A stretch of 32,000 nt of DNA, taken from positions 30,001-62,000 of the forward strand of contig NZ_MPKA01000058.1 in NCBI RefSeq assembly GCF_001945605.1, in the 5' to 3' direction. The DNA comes from Dubosiella newyorkensis (lineage in GTDB: Bacteria; Bacillota_I; Bacilli_A; Erysipelotrichales; Erysipelotrichaceae). The notes below the pieces were generated by a model that did not search any database, had not been told where the DNA came from, and saw only the letters and a list, made by a program, of their open reading frames with translations. Positions 8,119-15,190 of the stretch are shown here, in pieces. Every line of letters begins with the position of its first letter. Position 1 is the first letter of the stretch. Made by a program: the position numbers and the translations under genes.

Positions 8119-8649
8119 ATGAAAACGATTTATCTTGCTGGCGGCTGTTTTTGGGGTGTGGAGCATTTCTTTTCTCAGTTTGAAGGAATAGAGGAGACTG
8201 GGGTCGGATATGCAAATTCGATCATCGCCAACCCTAGCTATGAACAAGTGGTTTCGAAAAGCACGCAAGCAACCGAATGTGTAAAGATTGAGTACGATCC
8301 GAACACGATTTCTTTGATCCAGATCCTTTATGCCTATTTTCAAATCATCGATCCAACTTCGCTTAATAAGCAAGGCAACGATATAGGGACCAATTATCGC
8401 ACAGGTATTTATACTACGGATCCTAAAGAACTTGAAACGATCGAGTCCTTTGTCAAGAAGGCTCAAAAATTTTATTCAAAACCGATCGTGATCGAAGTAG
8501 AGAAATTGACTAATTTCTATCCAGCGGAGGCGTATCATCAAGATTATTTGCTCAAAAATCCTTATGGGTATTGTCATATTTCACCGATGATGATGCATGA
8601 TTTTCAATTACCGGATACAAGGAAGATCTTAGCGAAGCTAGATGATTAA
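8119..8649 (+). CDS. msrA: peptide-methionine (S)-S-oxide reductase
   Basis: N-terminal GGCFWG active-site motif, plus YHQ.YL. RBS is AGGAGG. Confidence 0.92.
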   Translation: MKTIYLAGGCFWGVEHFFSQFEGIEETGVGYANSIIANPSYEQVVSKSTQATECVKIEYDPNTISLIQILYAYFQIIDPTSLNKQGNDIGTNYRTGIYTTDPKELETIESFVKKAQKFYSKPIVIEVEKLTNFYPAEAYHQDYLLKNPYGYCHISPMMMHDFQLPDTRKILAKLDD

Positions 8650-8666
8650 AAGAAAGAAGACGAATT

Positions 8667-9467
8667 ATGAAGAAGCTATTTGCGATCCTATTATGTATAG
8701 GAATGGTGGCGGGCATGCTTATGGGAGGATATATGATGATCACTTCTTTGCAGGATCCAACACCCACAACAACAGAAAAAAAAGAAAGCGGGAAATCGGA
8801 GCCTATTTATACGACCCGAGAAAAAGCGTATGCGGATCTCAACTCGAGCTTATCGCAAGATGAAGTGAAGAAGCGAGTGAAGATGAATTTGGATAAAGAA
8901 CCTTTTACGAGTGCAAGCGAAGTCAAGGATCCGAATTCATATACGGTTTTAGTCAACGCGTACTCGAAACTTCCTGCTGAATATATGCCAGAAGATCTAG
9001 AGCCTGTTTCTTCAATAGACCCAAACTATCCTGTTGGTTTAAGAAAAGAGTCAGCGCAGGCTTTTGAGGCTCTTGTACAAGAAGCCAAAGTGCGTGGTTT
9101 TGATCTTCAGGCAACAAATGGGTTTATTTCCAATGAAAATATTGGCATGATCCAAGAGGATCTGAAGAAAGAGCAGGGGGACATGGTGGATGATTATGTA
9201 TTACTGCGCCCTTGTTTTTCGGAGTATCAAACTGGTCTTGCGGTAGATATTGCGATCAATGGTTCTTCTGATTTTGCCAAGGACGATCCAAATTATACGT
9301 GGTTATGCGAACGGTTAGCCGATCATGGCTTTATCCTTCGCTATCCAGAAGGGAAAGAAGAGTATACGCTAGTTCCTTCGATGCCGACTCATTTACGTTA
9401 TGTTGGTCCGGAAACAGCACGCCGACTGGCACAAAATCATGAAACTTTAGAAGAAAACTTGGGATAA
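8667..9467 (+). CDS. membrane-anchored LdcB/VanY (M15B)-like protein with degenerated catalytic motifs
   Basis: N-terminal TM segment LFAILLCIGMVAGMLMGGYMMI. Family-typical C-terminal half (FILRYPEGKE...THLRYVG). However, it has NGFIS where SGYRS is expected, SEYQTGLAVD where SxHxxGxAxD is expected, and MPTH where ExxH is expected. Confidence 0.7.
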   Translation: MKKLFAILLCIGMVAGMLMGGYMMITSLQDPTPTTTEKKESGKSEPIYTTREKAYADLNSSLSQDEVKKRVKMNLDKEPFTSASEVKDPNSYTVLVNAYSKLPAEYMPEDLEPVSSIDPNYPVGLRKESAQAFEALVQEAKVRGFDLQATNGFISNENIGMIQEDLKKEQGDMVDDYVLLRPCFSEYQTGLAVDIAINGSSDFAKDDPNYTWLCERLADHGFILRYPEGKEEYTLVPSMPTHLRYVGPETARRLAQNHETLEENLG

Positions 9468-9596
9468 GTCCGAGTTTTTTTTAAATTATTTTTATATTTT
9501 AACATAATTTAGCGTAATTCCGTTATAATGGGAGTAGAAGTTTCATTGAAAGTTAAATTGGGAATTCATGATTGCAGAAAGGAATGGGGGAAAAAC

Positions 9597-10823
9597 ATGA
9601 CTGGTGAGCAGTTATTGATTGAATTCACGAAGGAAAATTTTGCGAAAAAGGTTTATCGGATCCAAGAAAATGTCTATTATTTTGTTGGATTCGGCAACAG
9701 CAATGTTACAGCGATCATAGGAGATTCATCGATCATTTTGGTCGATACTCTGGATTGTGATCTCTTTGCGAAAGATCTAAAAAAGGAGTTGGAATCGATT
9801 ACTACAAAACCTGTAGAAACGATCATCTACACTCATCGATGTCCAGATCATATGGGTGGAGCGGGAGTTTTTAAGGATACTGTAAAAGAGGTGATCGCTT
9901 TTGATAAACTGACTGAAGATTTGAAGTACTATGACAAACTTGAAGATATTATCAATATGCGAAAGGTTTTCGCTAGAGGCTATGGATTGTCGGACATCGA
10001 TGCCATCACGCATGGAATGGGTCCTCGTGAAGGTTTTATCAAGGAGGGGGCGCAACGTGCTTTTCTTGAGCCGACAACGATTTATACAGGAAAGTCTGTC
10101 GAACGTCGAATTGATGGGATTCCGTTCAAATTGATCCGGATGCCGGGGGAAACAAAAGATTCGATTTCGATTTTGCTGCCTGAATCAAACATCATGATGG
10201 TGGGGGATAATTATTATGGTGTTTTTCCAAATATGTATAGTGTTCGTGGATCCTCGTATCGAGATGTAGCGAATTGGATCGACGTGATCGATTCGATCTT
10301 AGCGCTAGATCCAGAAGTCGTGCTTCCAGGACATACGAATCCGCTCATTGGAAAAGCGGAAGTGCAAAAGAATTTGAAGAACTTCCGAGACGCACTGGAA
10401 TATGTTTTGATGAAGACATTGGAATGCATGAACAATGGTTTATCGATGAATGAATGCGCCGAAGCGGTAAAGCTGCCAGATCATTTGCAAACTCCTTTTT
10501 TAGGAGAATACTTCTCATTGGTCGAATGGGCTGTCAAAGCGATCTATACTGGATATCTAGGGTGGTTTGATGGAACTGTCAGCAAATTGATGCCAACAAG
10601 CGATGAAGAGTATCGAGAAACGATGCTTTCTTTGATTGGCGAGGATCTGCTTCGCGCAAAGATCAAGGAATGTATCTTTTTAGAAAACTATCAGATGGCA
10701 TTGCAGCTGAACTGGTTTTTACAGGATGATCAATTGGAAAAGATCGCGCTGAAAGGAAGAGCGACTCAAGTAGCGAACGCGAACGCCAGGCATTATTTTC
10801 TAGCACGTGCGAATGAACTATAA
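9597..10823 (+). CDS. MBL-fold hydrolase related to SdsA1-type alkyl/aryl-sulfatases (MBL plus dimerisation domain, no SCP2 domain)
   Basis: ATG 9597 is preceded by GGGGG. The track start at 9528 overlaps a TATAAT box (9524-9529). The metal motif reads THRCPDHMGG. YTGYLGWFDGTVSKLMP resembles the start of the alkyl-sulfatase dimerisation domain. Confidence 0.6.
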   Translation: MTGEQLLIEFTKENFAKKVYRIQENVYYFVGFGNSNVTAIIGDSSIILVDTLDCDLFAKDLKKELESITTKPVETIIYTHRCPDHMGGAGVFKDTVKEVIAFDKLTEDLKYYDKLEDIINMRKVFARGYGLSDIDAITHGMGPREGFIKEGAQRAFLEPTTIYTGKSVERRIDGIPFKLIRMPGETKDSISILLPESNIMMVGDNYYGVFPNMYSVRGSSYRDVANWIDVIDSILALDPEVVLPGHTNPLIGKAEVQKNLKNFRDALEYVLMKTLECMNNGLSMNECAEAVKLPDHLQTPFLGEYFSLVEWAVKAIYTGYLGWFDGTVSKLMPTSDEEYRETMLSLIGEDLLRAKIKECIFLENYQMALQLNWFLQDDQLEKIALKGRATQVANANARHYFLARANEL

Positions 10824-10849
10824 ACGGCAAACTTGCCGTTTTTCTTTTG
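10823..10849 (+). terminator. rho-independent terminator
   Basis: Stem ACGGCA, loop aact, stem TGCCGT, then TTTTCTTTT. Confidence 0.75.
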
Positions 10850-10943
10850 GTCAACTACTTCGCATAATGTATATTATGTAGTAAATAATATTTATTATTT
10901 ACACAGAATAAAGGTTATACGCAGTTTCAATTTCCAAATAAAA

Positions 10944-10967
10944 AAGAAGATCTCTCCAGATCTTCTT
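10944..10967 (-). terminator. rho-independent terminator of the lipoprotein gene
   Basis: Stem AAGAAGATCT, loop ctcc, stem AGATCTTCTT. On the minus strand it is followed by TTTTTTATTT. It overlaps the stop codon. Confidence 0.75.
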
Positions 10968-11889
10968 AGTATTTCACATTGATTTCTTGCGAATAACCTA
11001 ATGGTGCCGAATTCAAATCGATCGTGATCGCTTTCGGATTATAGCTTGCGAAATTTGGGATCGCATGTTCGAATGTAAAATTGATCGTACATGTCAGTTC
11101 TTGGTTTTCCGTCAAATAAAAACATTCATATCCAGTGACCGCGCCATTGATCGTTTCGATCTTAGGCTGCATATCGTTCGTCTTAAAATCAATACCCTTG
11201 ATTTGTTCAAGATCCATCTCCGCAAAATTTCCTCGATCTTTGTATTGATTCAAATCGATACCTTTTAGTGTCGCGACTGGCGAAATATAAGGCACGACAA
11301 GTGGTTTATTGGTCTTATTGATATATGTGATCTTTAAACCGCGGACCACAGAATTTCCATTTTCAAAGGAATACTTCATTTTCGAGGAATCTACATCAAA
11401 TTCAAAAGTCTTGTCTTCGTATAACGTAAATTGATCACTCGTTGAATAGTTAACGTTTTTATCACTGATATTCCTTAAATCAATGGATTTGAACGATAAA
11501 AATTGCTTATTCTTTGGAAAATAGATCCCCATGTCCTTTTGGTTGTTGTTCGGATAACCTACATACCCATAGACAAATGTAGAACGATCGGGGGCAAGAC
11601 TTTGCGTGATCGTAGTTTGTTGACGATCGATCGCATGAACATCATGATTCTCGCCATCCGTTACATTATACGATAATTCGGAAATGCTATAATTCGACTT
11701 CGAATTATTTGTCAAACTCGCTAAAAAATAATAATACACTGTATTCGTTGAATCGTTAGTTACACGCACAGCATCCAACAATTCAAAATCCACACCATCT
11801 TTGACTTCGACCTTTCCTTCCCCTTTTGAACAGGCTGAAAGAGAAAGCATAAGCACGAAAGCCAAAAGAAGCTTCCAAAATTTCTTCAT
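10966..11889 (-). CDS. lipoprotein of unknown function
   Basis: The signal peptide MKKFWKLLLAFVLMLSLSAC has a lipobox (LSAC). The mature part is N/S/T/Y-rich and beta-strand-like. I recognise no catalytic motif. Confidence 0.7.
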   Translation of the reverse strand: MKKFWKLLLAFVLMLSLSACSKGEGKVEVKDGVDFELLDAVRVTNDSTNTVYYYFLASLTNNSKSNYSISELSYNVTDGENHDVHAIDRQQTTITQSLAPDRSTFVYGYVGYPNNNQKDMGIYFPKNKQFLSFKSIDLRNISDKNVNYSTSDQFTLYEDKTFEFDVDSSKMKYSFENGNSVVRGLKITYINKTNKPLVVPYISPVATLKGIDLNQYKDRGNFAEMDLEQIKGIDFKTNDMQPKIETINGAVTGYECFYLTENQELTCTINFTFEHAIPNFASYNPKAITIDLNSAPLGYSQEINVKY

Positions 11890-11940
11890 ATTTACTATCA
11901 CCCACTCAATAGTAACAGAAAAAACTTAGGAAGCCAATAC

Positions 11941-12789
11941 TTACAAAGAATCGATCTGGATCGCTTGAATACTGACGCATCCAGGACCGCCTTGCGCGAT
12001 AAAAACAGGTGTCAATTCCACGATTTCAATACGCGCGTTCTCAAAAGCGTTCTCTAGCAGCGCTTTCGCTTTCTGCGCATCGTCAAAATTATCGGCATGA
12101 CCAATATAAAACCGATAGTCCACGCTAACTCCTTGCTCTTTCATCGAAGCGATGATTTTAGAGACAGATTTTTTGAATGTACGATCGATGCTGAAAATTT
12201 CTAGCGCTTGTCCATCCGCTGTTTTTTTCATTACCGGAATGAGCTTTAAAAAGCTGCCCACTTTCGCTTCTAGATTTTTGATCCGTCCTCCCCTTTTCAA
12301 ATAATCAAAATCTCTAGGAATCAAAAATGATCGATCCGTTTGCGATGCCTGATCCAATACCGATACGATCTCTTCGATCGTTTTTCCTTTTTTTGCTTGA
12401 TCAAACGCAAGATCAACAAGGGCGCGTTGAGGTCCACATAAAGTCATCGAATTGTATACAGTAACAGGATATACAGTATCGATCTGCTCATTAGCCATCA
12501 AAGCAGAATCATACGTTCCCGACAAGCCTTGCGCCATTGTGATGTCTAAAACGGCACCCAGTTTGGATAATTGCTCATAGAGGTCGATCTTTTCTCCAAT
12601 CGAGGGTTGTGAAGAAGAAGGAACTGCTCCGTTTTTGATTTCCTCCAGCAGTCCGTTTCCATCGATTTCCACAAGATCTCGTTTTGAGATTCCATTATAA
12701 AGCACATGAAGCGGAACTACGTGGAAGCCTAATTCCTTAGCTTGTTCGGGTGTATATAAAGAAGAAGTATCCGTAATAATTGATAGCAT
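11941..12789 (-). CDS. DegV-family (FakB-like) fatty-acid-binding protein
   Basis: N-terminal IITDTSS, plus SSSQPS.GE and FLIP.DFDYLKRGGR motifs. 282 aa. Confidence 0.88.
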   Translation of the reverse strand: MLSIITDTSSLYTPEQAKELGFHVVPLHVLYNGISKRDLVEIDGNGLLEEIKNGAVPSSSQPSIGEKIDLYEQLSKLGAVLDITMAQGLSGTYDSALMANEQIDTVYPVTVYNSMTLCGPQRALVDLAFDQAKKGKTIEEIVSVLDQASQTDRSFLIPRDFDYLKRGGRIKNLEAKVGSFLKLIPVMKKTADGQALEIFSIDRTFKKSVSKIIASMKEQGVSVDYRFYIGHADNFDDAQKAKALLENAFENARIEIVELTPVFIAQGGPGCVSIQAIQIDSL

Positions 12790-12810
12790 AAATGCCCCTT
12801 TCTATGCATC

Positions 12811-12838
12811 ATTATAGATTCATAGTTTTAAATGTCAA
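12811..12838 (-). promoter_or_regulatory. consensus sigma-A promoter for degV (TTGACA-16-TATAAT)
   Basis: On the minus strand, TTGACA is at 12838-12833 and TATAAT at 12816-12811. The RBS AAGGGG and ATG 12789 follow. Confidence 0.75.
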
Positions 12839-12843
12839 TATAC

Positions 12844-12882
12844 CTAGTTTTAGAAACTAGATTGTTGCATTCTAGAAACTAT
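12844..12882. promoter_or_regulatory. operator-like repeats in the degV/DUF1836 divergent region
   Basis: Inverted repeat CTAGTTT-tag-AAACTAG at 12844-12860. TAGAAACTA is repeated directly at 12851-12859 and 12873-12881, 22 bp apart. TTCTAGAA palindrome at 12870-12877. Confidence 0.45.
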
Positions 12883-12896
12883 GTTACTATGAGACT

Positions 12897-13409
12897 ATGC
12901 AAGAAATATATCAAAAAATCCAAAAAATAAAACTTCCGCTATGGGAAGATTTTCCCAATATGGATCTCTATGTCGACCAAGTCGTATCGTATATCAATCA
13001 AACGTTATCGTTTCTAGATTTGGAGGGCAAAGAGATGGTCATTACCAAAAGTATGGTCAACAACTATGTAAAGCATTCTATGGTTCCTCAGCCAATCAAA
13101 AAATATTATAAACCTTATCACGTCGGATATTTGATCGTCGTCTGTATATTAAAGTGCTGCTTTTCGTTAAAAGATATTTCTAAAATGATCAACATTTATC
13201 GAAATATGAAAGACGATCATATTGAGCTCCACTATAATCGTTTCATTTCGATCTTCGAAAAAAATTTGAAAGAAATATTTTTGAGCAATACGCTTCCAAA
13301 CCTGACGTACGAATCGCCCTCTCCTGAACAGCAGCTCATGGAATCTGCGATCCGTACGGTCGTCTATAAAATTTATAGTCAATCATTGCTTCACTCCATG
13401 AGCGAGTGA
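12897..13409 (+). CDS. DUF1836-family protein (putative MerR-like HTH)
   Basis: Motifs I associate with DUF1836: DLYVDQVVSYI and ITKSMVNNYVKH..VP.PIKK.Y. 170 aa. There is no SD. TACTAT (12885-12890) ends 6 nt before the ATG. Confidence 0.65.
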   Translation: MQEIYQKIQKIKLPLWEDFPNMDLYVDQVVSYINQTLSFLDLEGKEMVITKSMVNNYVKHSMVPQPIKKYYKPYHVGYLIVVCILKCCFSLKDISKMINIYRNMKDDHIELHYNRFISIFEKNLKEIFLSNTLPNLTYESPSPEQQLMESAIRTVVYKIYSQSLLHSMSE

Positions 13410-13421
13410 ATTTATTTTAAA

Positions 13422-13457
13422 AGTAAAACGATTTAGTTATTCGTTTTACTTTTTTTT
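13422..13457. terminator. bidirectional terminator between DUF1836 (+) and degV (-)
   Basis: Stem AGTAAAACGA, 9-nt loop, stem TCGTTTTACT. It is flanked by T8 on the plus strand and an A/T-run on the other side. Confidence 0.8.
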
Positions 13458-13481
13458 ACAAAAAAATAGATGATCTCTCAC

Positions 13482-14345
13482 CTATTCTTGAACGATTTTA
13501 ATTGCCTGTACCGCTAAACACTTTGGCCCTCCTTGCGTAATAAAAGCCGGTGAAAGGGGCATGACAACGATCTTAGATTGCGGAAATTGCTGTTTAAAAT
13601 ACGATTCCGCTTTCAAAGCATCGTCAATATTATTCGCATGCGAAATAAAAATATAGTATCCTTCTCCAACACCTTTTTCCTTCATATATTCCGCCATCTT
13701 GGTATAGGCTTTCTTCATCGTCCTAGCTAAAGTAAAGTTTTCCAAATGCGATTCATCGCTGTCTTTCTTCTTTCTTCGGATCATGACAGGAAGTAGTTTC
13801 AGTATACCGCCCAAAACAGCTTCAAAGGAAGAAACACGACCACCGCGCTTTAAAAACGAAAAATCTTGCGGAATCAAAAAAGAAACTTCGGTTTGGATCG
13901 AGCTCGAAAGCATCGCTAAGATCGAGTCTACACTTTTTCCTTCCTTCGCCATCGTATACGCTTGATCGACCATCGCGCGCATCGGACCAGCTAACGTTTG
14001 TGAATTGACCACATACACCATTTCCGGATGCTCGCATTCTTCTTTTGCCAAAACAGCCGATTGATAAGCTCCCGAAAGTCCGCTCGCGATCGTGATATCG
14101 ATCACCGTATCCCCTTGGTTGGTCAACGAATTATACAGATCGATCCTCTCTCCGACACTTGGAAGAGAAGTGGAAGGAACTTTTTTTTCATCGATCATTT
14201 TAAGCAGCTCTGTGCTCGAGATCGTATCGTAATCTCGATAACTTTTATGGTCAACAATAATATTTAATGGAATAACATACAAGCCTTTATTCTTTGCGTC
14301 AATTTGAGAATATAAAGTGCCAGAATCCGAAATGATTTGAATCAT
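13482..14345 (-). CDS. DegV-family (FakB-like) fatty-acid-binding protein, second copy
   Basis: Start at ATG 14345 (MIQIISDSGTLY), with RBS AAGAGG 8 nt upstream. The track's 29-aa N-terminal extension is unsupported. Motifs: STSLPS.GE and FLIPQDFSFLKRGGR. Confidence 0.85.
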   Translation of the reverse strand: MIQIISDSGTLYSQIDAKNKGLYVIPLNIIVDHKSYRDYDTISSTELLKMIDEKKVPSTSLPSVGERIDLYNSLTNQGDTVIDITIASGLSGAYQSAVLAKEECEHPEMVYVVNSQTLAGPMRAMVDQAYTMAKEGKSVDSILAMLSSSIQTEVSFLIPQDFSFLKRGGRVSSFEAVLGGILKLLPVMIRRKKKDSDESHLENFTLARTMKKAYTKMAEYMKEKGVGEGYYIFISHANNIDDALKAESYFKQQFPQSKIVVMPLSPAFITQGGPKCLAVQAIKIVQE

Positions 14346-14387
14346 ACGCACAACCTCTTTTCTTTCTTTAAGTATAACGTACTCGAT

Positions 14388-14399
14388 AGCGATATCGCT
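14388..14399. promoter_or_regulatory. perfect 12-bp palindrome AGCGATATCGCT upstream of the second degV
   Basis: Read directly from the sequence. It lies 43-54 nt upstream of ATG 14345, between the gatD terminator and the degV RBS. Confidence 0.35.
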
Positions 14400-14411
14400 C
14401 TCAAATGCTAA

Positions 14412-14442
14412 TAAAAAGAAGAGATCGTACAAGACCTCTTCT
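14412..14442 (-). terminator. rho-independent terminator of gatD-murT
   Basis: Minus strand: stem AGAAGAG, 12-nt loop, stem CTCTTCT, then TTTTT. It overlaps the gatD stop. Confidence 0.7.
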
Positions 14443-15190
14443 ATTCTTGAATTTCTAGCTTTTTAAATATAGCTTCTCGAGCTAAATTTTCCCAATGATC
14501 ACTCAAAGGCGCAAGATCCTCAAACCGAAAATCCGGATCTCTTTTTTTCAACGCTTTATAAATGACAAAATCAGCGACTTCCGGATTTTTAGGAAGCAAA
14601 GGACCGTGTAAATACGTCCCTAAGATCTTTCCATCATAAAAACCTTCTTGCCCCGCATCAAAGCTATTGCCATATCCTTTGATCACTGCGCCAAGCGGAT
14701 GTTCTACCCCTAAAGTTTGGCCGCCGTGATTTTCAAAGCCTACGATTTTTGTCTTTCTGCCATCCAGAACGGCTTCGATCACGACATTCCCGATACAGCG
14801 AGATCCTTCCTTCCCCGTATCGGTATAATAAGAATAGAAACCAAGTCCAGGGATCTTAGAATGATCTGCGGCCTCATAATATTTTCCAAACAATTGATAT
14901 CCGCCACAGATCAATAAAACAAAAGTGTTCTCATCCATCGCTTTTTGAATATTCTCTTTTCGGCTTAGAAGGTCAGGAATCAGCGACATTTGCTCCTTAT
15001 CTGCGCCTCCTCCTAAAAAGATCAAATCATAATCGCTTAGATCCGCTTCTTGACCGATCCCGATCGTATGCAATATAAAATCGATCCCTCGATCTTCGCA
15101 GCGTTTCTTCAACACCATCATGTTTCCTTTATCGCCATATAGATCCATGATATCATGATACATCCATGCGACTTTCATTACTCGATTCAT
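14441..15190 (-). CDS. gatD: lipid II isoglutaminyl synthase, glutamine amidotransferase subunit GatD
   Basis: CobQ-type GATase: LLICGGYQLFG (nucleophile Cys) and GFENHGG. The ATGA overlap with the murT stop gives the classic murT-gatD pair. Confidence 0.85.
   Translation of the reverse strand: MNRVMKVAWMYHDIMDLYGDKGNMMVLKKRCEDRGIDFILHTIGIGQEADLSDYDLIFLGGGADKEQMSLIPDLLSRKENIQKAMDENTFVLLICGGYQLFGKYYEAADHSKIPGLGFYSYYTDTGKEGSRCIGNVVIEAVLDGRKTKIVGFENHGGQTLGVEHPLGAVIKGYGNSFDAGQEGFYDGKILGTYLHGPLLPKNPEVADFVIYKALKKRDPDFRFEDLAPLSDHWENLAREAIFKKLEIQE

Noticed and set aside
10863-10899. AT-rich palindromes CATAAT-gtat-ATTATG (10863-10878) and AATAATA-tt-TATTATT (10884-10899) lie between the convergent MBL and lipoprotein terminators.
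   Set aside because: In AT-rich terminator spacers such short A/T palindromes are expected by chance. No associated promoter or ORF could be supported.
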